Assembly (NCBI GenBank): GCA_039024555.1
Contig: JBCCQQ010000037.1
Coordinates: 1-59,771 of the forward strand
Direction of reading: 5' to 3'
Source of the DNA: Cyanobacteria bacterium P01_D01_bin.156
GTDB taxonomy: Bacteria; Cyanobacteriota; Cyanobacteriia; Phormidesmidales; Phormidesmidaceae
DNA length: 59,771 nt
The notes under the pieces were generated by a model that saw nothing but the letters and a program-made list of their open reading frames with translations, did no database searches and was not told the origin of the DNA. The position numbers were made by a program, and so were the translations under genes. This document shows positions 11,871-22,679 of this stretch, one piece after another; position 1 is the first letter of the stretch, and each line of letters begins with the position of its first letter.

Positions 11871-12755
11871 GTGACCGATGACTCTACAAATCAAGACGGG
11901 GCAGCTTTTACACATCAATCGGTATTGACCAAAGAAGTCCTGACGGGCCTTGCCCCCCATGCCCATGGGCATTATCTTGATGTCACGATTGGGGGAGGGG
12001 GACACGGTCGTTTGATTTTAAAGACTGGGGAAGACATACGTCTAACGGCCATTGACCAAGACCCTAATGCGCTAGCGGCAGCAAAGCAGAACTTGGCTGA
12101 GTTTAATGAGCAGGTGACATTTTGGCATGGTAATTTTGCTGAGTTTGTTCCTCACACCTGTGATTTTGATGGCATTCTTGCCGATCTAGGCGTGAGTTCC
12201 CCCCAGTTAGATCGTCCAGAACGAGGCTTTAGTTTTCGTCATGAGGGAGCCCTAGATATGCGGATGAATCCCACCCAAGATCTCACAGCAGCTGACTTGG
12301 TTAACCATGGTTCAGAACGTGAGCTGGCGGATATTTTTTACCACTACGGTGAAGAACGCCTATCGCGGCGAATCGCCCGTAGAATTGTGGAACGTCGCCC
12401 TTTCCAAACCACCACAGCTTTGGCAAATGCGATCGCAGCGAGTGTACCTGGAAAATATCGCCATGGCCGAATTCATCCGGCTACTCGAGTGTTTCAAGCA
12501 TTACGCATTGCCGTTAACCGTGAACTAGATGTCCTAGAACAGTTACTTCAAATAGCACCCAGTTGGTTAAAGCCAGGGGGGAGGCTAGCGATTATTAGTT
12601 TCCACAGCCTAGAGGATCGCCGTGTTAAGCACGGTCTACGAGATCATGAGCAATTGAAAGTACTGACAAAAAAACCCATCGTGGCCACCCAGGAAGAAAT
12701 ACGCCAAAATCCCAGGGCAAGGTCTGCAAAGCTTCGTCTAGCTGAACGGCTCTGA
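11871..12755 (+). CDS. rsmH: 16S rRNA m4C1402 methyltransferase
   Basis: [52 protein letters not shown]. Confidence 0.96.
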   Translation: MTDDSTNQDGAAFTHQSVLTKEVLTGLAPHAHGHYLDVTIGGGGHGRLILKTGEDIRLTAIDQDPNALAAAKQNLAEFNEQVTFWHGNFAEFVPHTCDFDGILADLGVSSPQLDRPERGFSFRHEGALDMRMNPTQDLTAADLVNHGSERELADIFYHYGEERLSRRIARRIVERRPFQTTTALANAIAASVPGKYRHGRIHPATRVFQALRIAVNRELDVLEQLLQIAPSWLKPGGRLAIISFHSLEDRRVKHGLRDHEQLKVLTKKPIVATQEEIRQNPRARSAKLRLAERL

Positions 12756-12779
12756 CTTGGCTTTGGGATGCACTGGAAG

Positions 12780-13694
12780 CTAGGGAAGCAATGCTTGATA
12801 GGGGGTAACGCCCATCAAGGTTAGGGTATAGTCAAAACTCCGACTGCTAGCAGGTTGCCATTCGGCTATTTGCCCTTGTAAATCAAACACAGGAACCGTT
12901 CCTGCCGAAACAACTGCGACAAAATACACGTTGGTTGTAGGAATTCTGTAATTTGGCAAAGAAGACTGAATAACCGACAGCTCGCTTTCTTTCAGGAGGT
13001 TTCCAATGTGATCAAACAGAAGCATCTGAACACCTCCTTGCCCAGATGCACGGGTAACATCCGCCTCTAAACTTAGGATGTCTCCTTGGCGAGCTAAGAA
13101 ACTGTAGACCTGGGGACTCCAACTAATTCGATCGCCTACCACGCTAAAGCTATCTGTAGTGTCCATAGGCGTCATTAACTCCGTCAGGGCTTCGGGGCTA
13201 TCGGCGGTGAGTTCAGCCGGAATCAGATTCGCGAGGGGGTCATAGGTTGTACTCAAACTAATGATGGGACGAGAATAGTTCAGATTCGCCAGGGCTCGTT
13301 CCCAATTTAGAGCTGGAGGATCAGAAGCTTCAAGAGCAGGTAACTCTAAAAACAGCGATGAGGTGCGATCGCAACTTGGCTGAACGCTTGATGTCACCGC
13401 ATGCGTCGGCAACTGTTGTAACTGTCGTCTAAATAGCAATAGTTCCTGACGATATGTAGACGATATATGCGTTGATGCCATTAACCCACTCGTAATATCA
13501 ATTGCCTGCTCCCAAGCCTGTAAGCAGAGAGCTCGATCCAAACGAGCCAGTTCATCCACAACTTGACGATAGGAGGAAGCCTGAGACACTTGACCATAGA
13601 CCTGCGATTTCCCGCTCAAGCCAAGAGAAAACACCACAGCTAAACCTAAGCTTATAAAGTGAAGAATAGTCATACCCTCAACATCTAACAGCAA
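12780..13694 (-). CDS. Hypothetical exported protein, possible C-terminal PPC-like beta domain
   Basis: Signal-like N-terminus; C-terminal YSF..G..L.LE...YFVAV...YTLTL pattern. Confidence 0.5.
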   Translation of the reverse strand: MLLDVEGMTILHFISLGLAVVFSLGLSGKSQVYGQVSQASSYRQVVDELARLDRALCLQAWEQAIDITSGLMASTHISSTYRQELLLFRRQLQQLPTHAVTSSVQPSCDRTSSLFLELPALEASDPPALNWERALANLNYSRPIISLSTTYDPLANLIPAELTADSPEALTELMTPMDTTDSFSVVGDRISWSPQVYSFLARQGDILSLEADVTRASGQGGVQMLLFDHIGNLLKESELSVIQSSLPNYRIPTTNVYFVAVVSAGTVPVFDLQGQIAEWQPASSRSFDYTLTLMGVTPYQALLP

Positions 13695-13865
13695 AACCTA
13701 AAGACTTTGTGAGCGATCAGCACTAGCCACAGCCCAACATTCCCACGATCGATAGACTACTTGCCCTACTCTCGTTAACAGAAGTCATCAACTTAGCTTG
13801 AATTGTATAAAAAGTCGCGGTTGTTTCAAGATCTTCCCTGGGCAAACTAAAATCAACCAGTAGAT

Positions 13866-15581
13866 ATGGACAGCTGTGGTGATACTTTTCTCAAGGTTGG
13901 CCCTAATATGCACCAATCATCAGAAATTTTGGAAGACAATATGAGTTTCACCACTCATAAACAACTTAAGCTTCTAGTTGTCGATGATGAACTCGATAAT
14001 TTAGAGCTGCTGCATCGTACTTTTAGACGTAACTATCAAGTATATCGTGCCAGTAGTGGTCAAGAAGCATTAGATTGCTTGGCAACCAATGGGGAAATGG
14101 CCATCATCATTTCCGACCAACGGATGCCAAAAATGAATGGCACAGAGTTCTTAAGTCTGACCGTCAAAGACTACCCTGACACGATGCGCATCGTCCTAAC
14201 AGGCTATACCGATGTTGAGGATCTCGTCGATGCAATTAATTCAGGGCAAGTTCATCGCTACATCACTAAACCCTGGAAACCAAAGGAGCTTCGACAAGTT
14301 ATCGATGAGGCTGCTGATACCTATCGTGTGGTTAAGCAGCGCACCAATGCCCTGTCTGCATCACTTAAACAGGTTTCTCTGTATAACTCAATTACAACGA
14401 CTATCCGCCGTTCTCTCAACTACGCCAGTACACTTCAAACAGTTGTAGATGCTCTAGGAGAAGCCTTTGAAGCAGACTACGCAGTTTTGTATCCAGTCGA
14501 TGCCATTGATTCGAGCCAGCCTCCTAAACCTGTTACCTACTCTAAAAAAGATCGATCAATTGCCAGCTGTGAAGTTGCCCATGCCGGATTTTTAGACCAT
14601 ACACCCTGCCTAGATAAAGTTACCCATGGAGATAGGTATCTCAATCGGCTCGCTACTAAATTTACCTATCGTGATCAACTCCTAGCATCAATAGTTCTTT
14701 ATCAGACTGACGATACCTGGAATAGTGCAACGACTGATCTGCTCAAGAACATCTCTGAACAGGTAGTTCTAGCGATTTCTCAGGCCAAGCTGTATCACGA
14801 TGTTCAGCGGCAAACGGAACAGATGCAAGCTGAATTAAATGTGGCAAGACAAATTCAGCAAAAGTTGCTGAGTCAGGTTTGGCCTGAGCTTCCCAATGTC
14901 AGGATTCAAGCCCAATGTCAGGCTGCTCGAGCCGTTGGTGGAGATTTTTATGAGGTTTTCATCCATCCTCAAGGGGATATTTGGCTGGCGGTTGGAGATG
15001 TTTCTGGAAAAGGTGTACCAGCTGCTTTATTTATGGCTAGTGCCATCTCATTATTGCGGCGAGAATTGTCAGCCAGTCAACCACCTACACCTGATGTGGT
15101 GATGTCAACTCTTAATCAGGCTCTCAATGCTGATTTAGTTAACAATGAGCATATGATTACCATGGTGCTAGTGCGGTACACCCCAGCTAGCCGCGAGTTA
15201 GTCTATGCCAATGCCGGTCATATCTATCCAATTCTATGGTCACAAAAGCAACTCATGGAGGGAACTGCCCCCCCTGCCCAGCCAACTTATCTAAAGGGGG
15301 GCAATGGTGTACCTTTAGGCATCTTACCTAAGTGGCAAATCGAAGCTAGCCGCCTGACCCTACAAGAGGGCGACGCACTGCTTTTGACTAGTGATGGTAT
15401 TACCGAAGCGCTCATGGATATGGATGGGCAGAAGACCATGCTTAAGCAGATAGGGTTATGGCAACTAATACAAGAGCAAACTAAAGGGTTGGACTTAAAC
15501 AAAATCCTGGCTCGAATTAATACAGTTAATTACGAACAGCATGACGATCAGACAATCTTATCCCTGGAGGTAGCGTTCTAA
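13866..15581 (+). CDS. REC-GAF-SpoIIE (PP2C/RsbU-like) phosphatase; likely start near 13941
   Basis: Receiver motifs VVDDE, SDQRMP, KPW; PP2C motifs VGGDFY, GDVSGKG, ANAGH, SDGITE, DDQT. Confidence 0.92.
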   Translation: MDSCGDTFLKVGPNMHQSSEILEDNMSFTTHKQLKLLVVDDELDNLELLHRTFRRNYQVYRASSGQEALDCLATNGEMAIIISDQRMPKMNGTEFLSLTVKDYPDTMRIVLTGYTDVEDLVDAINSGQVHRYITKPWKPKELRQVIDEAADTYRVVKQRTNALSASLKQVSLYNSITTTIRRSLNYASTLQTVVDALGEAFEADYAVLYPVDAIDSSQPPKPVTYSKKDRSIASCEVAHAGFLDHTPCLDKVTHGDRYLNRLATKFTYRDQLLASIVLYQTDDTWNSATTDLLKNISEQVVLAISQAKLYHDVQRQTEQMQAELNVARQIQQKLLSQVWPELPNVRIQAQCQAARAVGGDFYEVFIHPQGDIWLAVGDVSGKGVPAALFMASAISLLRRELSASQPPTPDVVMSTLNQALNADLVNNEHMITMVLVRYTPASRELVYANAGHIYPILWSQKQLMEGTAPPAQPTYLKGGNGVPLGILPKWQIEASRLTLQEGDALLLTSDGITEALMDMDGQKTMLKQIGLWQLIQEQTKGLDLNKILARINTVNYEQHDDQTILSLEVAF

Positions 15582-15584
15582 ATT

Positions 15585-16028
15585 ATGAAAACTGAACTTG
15601 CTATCCCTAGTGATTTGAAGTTTTTAGCTGTCGTGGAAGATTGGTTACTAAACTCTCTCAAAGCTGAACTCAACCATATCGTAGACCTAGACTGGAAAAA
15701 GGTTGAAAGTCGGCTACGGCTGGTGATTGTAGAGGTATATTCCAATGTTGTACGTCATGCTCATCATGACCGTCCCGAAACACCGGTTGTACTAAGGCTG
15801 GGGGTTGAAGGCAGCTTTTTATGTTTAGAAGTCTGGGATCAGGGGCACGGCTTTGATATTCGCAACTATCGAGCTCCTAGCCCTACTGAGCAACAAGAAG
15901 GTGGCTATGGCTGGTTAATCCTACACCAGTTGATGGATCGAGTAGATTACCAACTTATGGTAGGAGAAGGGCGAAACTGTCTCACACTTGAGAAAGATCT
16001 CGGTATCATTCAGGACTATGCAAGATAA
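15585..16028 (+). CDS. Anti-sigma factor / Ser kinase (RsbW-like HATPase_c)
   Basis: EVYSNVVRHA N-box, DQGHGF G1, EGGYGW G2; starts 3 nt after the phosphatase gene. Confidence 0.88.
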   Translation: MKTELAIPSDLKFLAVVEDWLLNSLKAELNHIVDLDWKKVESRLRLVIVEVYSNVVRHAHHDRPETPVVLRLGVEGSFLCLEVWDQGHGFDIRNYRAPSPTEQQEGGYGWLILHQLMDRVDYQLMVGEGRNCLTLEKDLGIIQDYAR

Positions 16029-16038
16029 TGGACCTATT

Positions 16039-18417
16039 TCAATGTTTTACAAACCATAGGAAACATTGGTTAGAAAGTTTTTGGTTTCGCGGTAAGGTCC
16101 TTAAGAAATGAACATCTGTTTTCTTTTCTAAGAGACTACGCAGTGCCATTCCTCGAGGGCTATCTTTGATGTCATTAGCAACAAGTAGCCCACAGATTCC
16201 TCGTGGAGCGAGAAGATTAAAACAACGCTCAGTAAATAACCAATGCTTATAAAGCTGTGTTCGATGACGTTTTCCCTTCAACACAGGACTTTGGCGCTCA
16301 TATTGGGGAGAACGGTAAAAATAGTCAGCCATTAAAGAATATTGGCTTTGATAGCCTAACCAAGCTCTAGCGACTTCTGAATCAACATTGCTTAGGAAGC
16401 GTTTAACCGATTTAAAGGTGCGAATATCCATCTTGTATTTAAATGTTAGATGGGCAAATCGATAAAAGAACTCTTGGATAGTGGGTCGGCAAGGTCCTTG
16501 AGGAGGCCGTGAGAGAATGATATTGAATCCCTGATCCTGTTCTAAAACTTGATTAAAGTGATATCCCCAATGAAACGCATTTAGAGCTGCGATATCGTCA
16601 ATTTTTAACAGTCGTTGACGAGGAGATTCTATAAGCTGCGCTGCTCTAAAACGAATTCCTAAAGTTTGGCTAAATTCAGTGAGCAGAAGTTCATCAAGTT
16701 TTGCCTGTGCCTGGGTATCCAGATAGTTAATCTGATCACGAAAAAATTCCGATTGTGCATATCGAGGAATGTTTTGTTGAAGCTCCTCCAACACATGAGT
16801 TCGAGAATAGTAATATTCCAGGGCAATTCTTTTCTCTGCAAGAATCGTTTGATAAGTCTCCGCAGCCAAAGGCTGTAAAAGATTACCCTGCAGGAGTGTC
16901 TCTGTGGAATATAAGCGGTCAAACCCGGCCTCATCCACTTGAAGAAAGCCTATCAAACTGTTGCCTAATACAATATTAAAATCAAGGTTAGGCAGAGGCT
17001 CAATATCTTGAGAGTCCTGGGCAGCAATAATCAAATTGAACAGCAGTTGAAAACGTGCACTGTCAAGCACTGCTGGATTTAGATCTACGCCATAGAGACC
17101 ATACTTAAAAATCCGACGATGGATTGTTTGCAAAAGTGAAGAATGCTCATTCTTTACACCTTCTAACCAAATTTGTAACTGACTATCCGTCAGATGATTA
17201 AGATGGCCAATCAGCGTGCTGTAGATATCGACTAAATGAGCCTGCAATTCTATTAATACGCCACCAACCCCACAGGCTGGGTCCATAATAGACATTTTGG
17301 GTAAGCTGGTTTGCACCAAGTTCCGTAAATGTTGAAGCTCTCCAGAGAACAAGATGTCCCAAATATCGACAGTGGCTGAGTCTGTCACTAAATTTAGATG
17401 CTCCAGTAGAAACTGGTTTATCACTAGCTCGCAGGCTGCAGATTGACTTTCAACTAAAGCTTCTGGCTCCATTGGCTGCCAATCAGTCAATACACTCTCA
17501 AACGCTATGCTTATAGAGGACAATTGCCAGTTGTTGATGAGTCGCTGCCACAGAGGAGATTCAAACCATACCAAAATAGACTCAAACGCCATGTCAGCAA
17601 TATTGATTTTGGTATATTTTGCCTCTAAAGAATGGCTATAGAACAAATCTCCTAAATATGGGATTTGGCCCATCCAGTGGGTTTTCTGGGAACGTTCTAT
17701 GACAGGAAGCGAGAATCCCTGAATAAAAATCGGTTGCAGAAACTGTTGAAAAAAAATGTTGGCTCGTTGTTGTTGACTACGGCCTAACTGGTTGTGAAGG
17801 TACCAAATATCATTATTTAAAAATCCTTTTCGCTGCAGTATATAGATAACAATTAGCCGTTGCAAAAGTGAGCTAGCATACCACCACCGATCCTGTGTGT
17901 CATCAATTCCAGTAATCGCCTCACTTAGCTGTTGCAGTTGCTGACGTAATTGCTGGGTAAACTCGCTGCAGTCTTGTGCCCGTGATCGGAGTTCTAATGA
18001 TTCATCACCAGTGAAGTTTGCCAGATACTTGAGTCGGGTATGCCAACCTGCCAAGGGTTGATACCTAACAAATACCAGGGATTGCAGACGACTGTAATTA
18101 TTTTGCCAACACCAAAGACTACGGGTCTGATGCTGATTGATAAAAACGATTAAAGGATATGGATGCTTTTTATGAATAGCTCTGTGGAGCTTAGTCTTGA
18201 TTTGGAGTGTGATATCCGTATGGGCATCGAGTCTGATCTCCCAGATTTTAGTGCTTCCCTTTTGAGCAATGCACTGAGCACGGTAGGAATGATGACATGC
18301 TTTCATGGAGATTGAACGTTGGCCAGTGGGAGCATTCCAACCCAAGACGTTTTGGAACAATCTAATGAGATCGAGAGACTGCAAGCATATTTCAGCCTGC
18401 TGCGTATCAAAACCCAT
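16039..18417 (-). CDS. Degenerate Eco57I/type IIG-like DNA adenine methyltransferase homolog, probably catalytically inactive and C-terminally short
   Basis: DPACGVGG (motif I), LYGVDLN, EPLPNLDFNI..GNSL, FHW; motif IV reads GFNIILSRPPQ instead of GFD...NPP(Y/W). Confidence 0.75.
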   Translation of the reverse strand: MGFDTQQAEICLQSLDLIRLFQNVLGWNAPTGQRSISMKACHHSYRAQCIAQKGSTKIWEIRLDAHTDITLQIKTKLHRAIHKKHPYPLIVFINQHQTRSLWCWQNNYSRLQSLVFVRYQPLAGWHTRLKYLANFTGDESLELRSRAQDCSEFTQQLRQQLQQLSEAITGIDDTQDRWWYASSLLQRLIVIYILQRKGFLNNDIWYLHNQLGRSQQQRANIFFQQFLQPIFIQGFSLPVIERSQKTHWMGQIPYLGDLFYSHSLEAKYTKINIADMAFESILVWFESPLWQRLINNWQLSSISIAFESVLTDWQPMEPEALVESQSAACELVINQFLLEHLNLVTDSATVDIWDILFSGELQHLRNLVQTSLPKMSIMDPACGVGGVLIELQAHLVDIYSTLIGHLNHLTDSQLQIWLEGVKNEHSSLLQTIHRRIFKYGLYGVDLNPAVLDSARFQLLFNLIIAAQDSQDIEPLPNLDFNIVLGNSLIGFLQVDEAGFDRLYSTETLLQGNLLQPLAAETYQTILAEKRIALEYYYSRTHVLEELQQNIPRYAQSEFFRDQINYLDTQAQAKLDELLLTEFSQTLGIRFRAAQLIESPRQRLLKIDDIAALNAFHWGYHFNQVLEQDQGFNIILSRPPQGPCRPTIQEFFYRFAHLTFKYKMDIRTFKSVKRFLSNVDSEVARAWLGYQSQYSLMADYFYRSPQYERQSPVLKGKRHRTQLYKHWLFTERCFNLLAPRGICGLLVANDIKDSPRGMALRSLLEKKTDVHFLRTLPRNQKLSNQCFLWFVKH

Positions 18418-18446
18418 AACCGCCCATAGAACTGTAATGCTACCTG

Positions 18447-18896
18447 TTAGCTAGCCTGAGCAATCTGTTCAGCCTTTTGCCGAAACCGTTCCAGATCAGC
18501 TTGCAAGGTGGAGTCCACAATACGTCTTAACCAGCCATTTTCCATAAATCTAGCCAGAACTGCAGGCACTGCATAGGCAAGGGTCATTTTGACTGTACTG
18601 GTGCCCTGTTGATGCCCATAGAAACGAATGGCTCCACGATTTGGCAAACCATCTACAGACTCCCACTGCAATATTTGATAAGGAGTAACCTTGACGGTTC
18701 GAGACAGCCAGGTAAACTCCCACATCCCAGAGGCCAGCTTCCAGCGAGACATATCGGGTTGTTCTGGCAATAACTCTACTGAGTCAATCCATTTCATCCA
18801 CTGCGGCATTTGTTCTAAATCTGACCACAGGGCCCACACCAAATCGATAGGAGCTTCTACATCGACATATACACTGTGCTCAAGCCAATTTGCCAT
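18447..18896 (-). CDS. SRPBCC (polyketide cyclase/START-like) protein
   Basis: WLEHSV.V.V.AP....W.LWSDLEQMP.WM.WI, WESVDGLPNRG. Confidence 0.88.
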   Translation of the reverse strand: MANWLEHSVYVDVEAPIDLVWALWSDLEQMPQWMKWIDSVELLPEQPDMSRWKLASGMWEFTWLSRTVKVTPYQILQWESVDGLPNRGAIRFYGHQQGTSTVKMTLAYAVPAVLARFMENGWLRRIVDSTLQADLERFRQKAEQIAQAS

Positions 18897-18961
18897 GAAA
18901 AAATATCTGGAATGGTTAATGAGACATTCAATAACTAAGCCGCAGAAAACTATCTACAAAG

Positions 18962-19738
18962 CTACATTCCCATGATTTCATAGCCAGAATCGACATAAAG
19001 AATTTGCCCCGTAACGCCTGACGCCAAATCACTACATAGGAAAGCAGCTGAATTGCCAACTTCTGCTTGGGTCACAGTACGACGCAAAGGAGCAACCTCC
19101 TCTACATGATGAATCATATCTAAGATGCCGCCTACTGCTGAAGAAGCCAATGTGCGGATAGGGCCAGCCGAAATACCATTAACTCGAATTTTGCTAGGTC
19201 CCAATTCAGCTGCCAGATAGCGAACATTCATTTCTAGAGCCGCTTTTGCAATACCCATCACATTATAGTTGGGCACTACCCGTACGCCGCCTAAATAAGT
19301 TAGCGTGACGATACTACCGCCATCAGTCATCAGTGACTTGGCTTGTTGAGCTAATTTAACGAGGGAATAAGCGCTGATATCAAGGGCTGTTTGAAATCCT
19401 TGACGAGATGTATCACTGAAATCTCCAGTTAAATCGTCACGGTTGGCAAATGCCAGACAGTGAATGAGGATGTCTAGCTTCCCCCATTTGTCTTTAACAG
19501 CGCCAAATGTTGCGGTAACTTGTTCATCGTTTTGAACATTACAAGGCAGAAACAGGCTTGGACTGAGAGGCTCTGTTAGATCCCGAACCTTCTTCTCCAT
19601 TCGCCCCTTTTCATCAGGTAGATAAGTTACGCCAATGTTGGCACCTGCTTTACTCAGCTGCTGGGCAATACCCCAGGCAATAGAGCGATTATTTGCAATG
19701 CCGGTCACCAGGGCATTCTTTCCAGTCAGATCTAACAT
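18962..19738 (-). CDS. fabI: Enoyl-ACP reductase
   Basis: GIANNRSIAWGIA, YNVMGIAK, GPIRTLA; start re-set to ATG of MLDLTGK (258 aa). Confidence 0.96.
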   Translation of the reverse strand: MLDLTGKNALVTGIANNRSIAWGIAQQLSKAGANIGVTYLPDEKGRMEKKVRDLTEPLSPSLFLPCNVQNDEQVTATFGAVKDKWGKLDILIHCLAFANRDDLTGDFSDTSRQGFQTALDISAYSLVKLAQQAKSLMTDGGSIVTLTYLGGVRVVPNYNVMGIAKAALEMNVRYLAAELGPSKIRVNGISAGPIRTLASSAVGGILDMIHHVEEVAPLRRTVTQAEVGNSAAFLCSDLASGVTGQILYVDSGYEIMGM

Positions 19739-20161
19739 GATGATTGGGGGAAGGTATCTCCAAAAATTTAACGGTGTACGGGTATACCGATGTGTTAACC
19801 CTAGGAGCATACTGAAAAACGGCCCCTCATGGATAGTCTTGTCGTAGGCCCACACGAGCGAATAACATCAAATCCTTCGCAATAAATAATAAGTAGCTGT
19901 ATTTTGTGTTTCTTTATACAAAAAGTACGACAAACTTAAGTTTTATTGGTCTAAAGTCAGGAAATCCTATTACTTTAACTTTAAGGTTGCTAGCTCTCAA
20001 TTAGAGGGTAGAGCTATCTAAGAGCAGAGGTTTGTTATATTTTTCTGTCTACAGATCTGAGCTGAATTCTTTTGGGGGTTAGCTTCTGGCCTTTTTCCAA
20101 TTGCTCAGCTATTGTTAGTCCTAACTTTGCTACGGCTTTGCGATCGCACACAACCATCACC

Positions 20162-20827
20162 GTGACTACAGAAAAACCTCTTGCCAACCTACTAAGGCAG
20201 CTATCTACAGGCTCTTTTCCTCCTGTGGCCGAAACCTATGAGCGTGGTAAGACAATTTTCTTTCCAGGCGATCCAGCGGAGCGCGTTTACTTTTTGCTCA
20301 AGGGGGCCGTAAAGCTTTCCAGGGTTTATGAAGCTGGGGAAGAAATCACCGTTGCCCTACTGCGGGAAAACAGTGTTTTTGGTGTTTTATCCTTACTGAC
20401 AGGCAATCGTTCGGATCGCTTCTATCATGCGGTTGCCTTTACCCCTGTGGAATTAATGTCCATGCCTATTGAGCAGGTCAAGCAGGCCCTTGAAGAGCAT
20501 CCAGAACTTTCAATCATGCTGCTTCAGGGATTATCATCGCGTATTTTGCAGACCGAGATGATGATTGAAACCCTTGCTCACCGAGATATGGGGTCCAGGT
20601 TGGTGAGCTTTTTGCTGATCCTTTGTCGTGACTTTGGTGTCCCCAGCAGCAGTGGCATTACCATCGACCTGAAGCTATCCCATCAAGCTATTGCCGAAGC
20701 CATTGGCTCAACTAGAGTTACGGTTACTCGTCTACTGGGTGATCTGCGCCAAGACACCATGATTTCAATCCATAAAAAGAAGATCACCGTTCATGATCCC
20801 GTGGCCCTTAGTCAGCAGTTTGCTTAA
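20162..20827 (+). CDS. ntcA: Global nitrogen regulator NtcA (CRP family)
   Basis: [45 protein letters not shown]; divergent from fabI; likely GTG start at 20162 (221 aa). Confidence 0.97.
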   Translation: MTTEKPLANLLRQLSTGSFPPVAETYERGKTIFFPGDPAERVYFLLKGAVKLSRVYEAGEEITVALLRENSVFGVLSLLTGNRSDRFYHAVAFTPVELMSMPIEQVKQALEEHPELSIMLLQGLSSRILQTEMMIETLAHRDMGSRLVSFLLILCRDFGVPSSSGITIDLKLSHQAIAEAIGSTRVTVTRLLGDLRQDTMISIHKKKITVHDPVALSQQFA

Positions 20828-20922
20828 CTAACCCCAGTCCGTTTGTGATCACTGAGGCAAACGATCGAGTAACCTATACACAACTCTGCTAGGCACCCCC
20901 TACTCCGTTGGATAGACATTAG

Positions 20923-22317
20923 ATGGACGTTGGTCTAATACTGATTATGACCGTGCTTGTCCTCGGTGGTCTCATTGCTACGTTGGGCGATCGCATTGGT
21001 ATGCGTGTTGGAAAGGCCCGTCTTTCCTTGTTTAATATGCGCCCGCGTCAGACGGCTACATTAGTGAGCATTTTGACAGGGAGTATAATTTCAGCCTCTA
21101 CCCTAGGCCTATTACTTTTTGCCAGTGAACAGTTACGTAAAGGTCTGTTTGAATTTGAAGAAACCCAAGCTAACCTATCAGATGCCCGCAAAGAACTAGA
21201 GGCTACCCGCATTGCAAAAGAAGATGTAGAAAAAGCTCTAAACACAGTTACCCGGCAAAAAATCGATGCTGAAGGGGAACTTACTGAAGTAATTACCTTT
21301 TTAGACGAAGCCACTGAACGGGAAACCCTAATTCGAGAGCGGTTAGGGGAAACCCAAAATCAGCTGGGCCTGGTATCCAACCAAGCGGATCAACTACGGG
21401 GAGAAATTAGCCATCTTCAAGCAGATCGTCAGTTCCTACAACGGCAGCAAGCTGAAGTTAGACAGCAAATAGCCCAGAGAGACATTGCTCTAGCCCGGCG
21501 GGATCAGGAGCTACAGGATCGAGATCTTGCCATTGCACAACGGGAATCTGCTCTAGAAAGACTGAAAACTGAGCAAGCATTTCTAGAAGACGAAACAACA
21601 CGATTAGAGTCAGAGTTCCTTAAGCTACGAGCTGGTAATGTAGCTATCAGTCGCAATCAAACCTTGGCCCTGCTAATCACCAGACCTCCATCTGTTACAG
21701 CAGCCACCACAGAAATTGAGCAGCTTCTTGCTGAAGCAAATCGACTCGCCCTAAATGAAATCTGGCCTGATGCACCGGAGCAGGCTATTCGTATTCTGCG
21801 GACCAATCCCCAAGATGTCAGAAATATTGCCCGGAATATTACTGATGGTCAGCAGTATGTAATTCGTGTAGGTGTTTCTGGAAACTACGTTGTCGGTGAG
21901 CCCTGTGTCGTGCAGCGGGAGCAACCTCCTTGCGTGGAAGTCTCATTACAAGCGAGAGTTAATCGTATTGTTTTTCAAGAGGGTGAAACTCTAGCCCGCA
22001 TTCCTATTAATACGGCCTATCCAAGTACTCCTGAACTGGTAGAGATTCTCAGAACATTAGTCACAAGTTCTCAAATCACGGCCAGCTTAGAAGGCATTAT
22101 TATTGTCGATAATCCAAGGGTAGCCGGTGGCTTTAGTGAGCCTGTGATTGATTTTCTCAATCAGGTGCAAAACTATGGCGCCCCTTTAACCATCGAGGCT
22201 ATCGCCGGTAGACGAATCTTCACTACAGGGCCACTAGCCCTTGAACTCGTAGCTAGCCAAAATGGGCAACGGCTATTCCAAACGCAGCTTTCCGAGCTGC
22301 CCTCGCCTCGCAATTAG
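20923..22317 (+). CDS. DUF3084-type membrane coiled-coil protein
   Basis: GGLIATLGDRIG..VGKARLSLF..RPRQTA N-terminus plus long coiled coil; usual neighbour of ntcA. Confidence 0.82.
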   Translation: MDVGLILIMTVLVLGGLIATLGDRIGMRVGKARLSLFNMRPRQTATLVSILTGSIISASTLGLLLFASEQLRKGLFEFEETQANLSDARKELEATRIAKEDVEKALNTVTRQKIDAEGELTEVITFLDEATERETLIRERLGETQNQLGLVSNQADQLRGEISHLQADRQFLQRQQAEVRQQIAQRDIALARRDQELQDRDLAIAQRESALERLKTEQAFLEDETTRLESEFLKLRAGNVAISRNQTLALLITRPPSVTAATTEIEQLLAEANRLALNEIWPDAPEQAIRILRTNPQDVRNIARNITDGQQYVIRVGVSGNYVVGEPCVVQREQPPCVEVSLQARVNRIVFQEGETLARIPINTAYPSTPELVEILRTLVTSSQITASLEGIIIVDNPRVAGGFSEPVIDFLNQVQNYGAPLTIEAIAGRRIFTTGPLALELVASQNGQRLFQTQLSELPSPRN

Positions 22318-22679
22318 CTATTGTTTTTTAGAAAAAGATTAGAAAGTAGTCGTTCAGCTTAGCAGCTACTTTCAATCAATCACCCATTAATCTCAAAAGC
22401 TCAAGCAAATCTATATTTTGTTTGCGGATAGTTACTATATAAGGCGGTAATCAGTCGCCAGATTTTTTAGCGTCTAAAATAAACCTTAGAATTTTAATAA
22501 AATTTTTTGGCGAAATTTAGCGTGAAAGCGCTTCAGATTTAGTTTTCACCCATAGTCTTGGAGTATTGAGACATCACAACTTTGCTAAGTAATGTGTGAT
22601 ATTCCAACACCCCCATTAATAAACTACCGGTAATCAAGCTGTTTTAACCCCATCCCTATTGCAGCCGGAGCACTATGCC

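Noticed and set aside
19915..19928. NtcA autoregulatory box upstream of ntcA
   Set aside because: The best match is TAT-N8-TAC, only a half site, so it cannot be supported from sequence alone.
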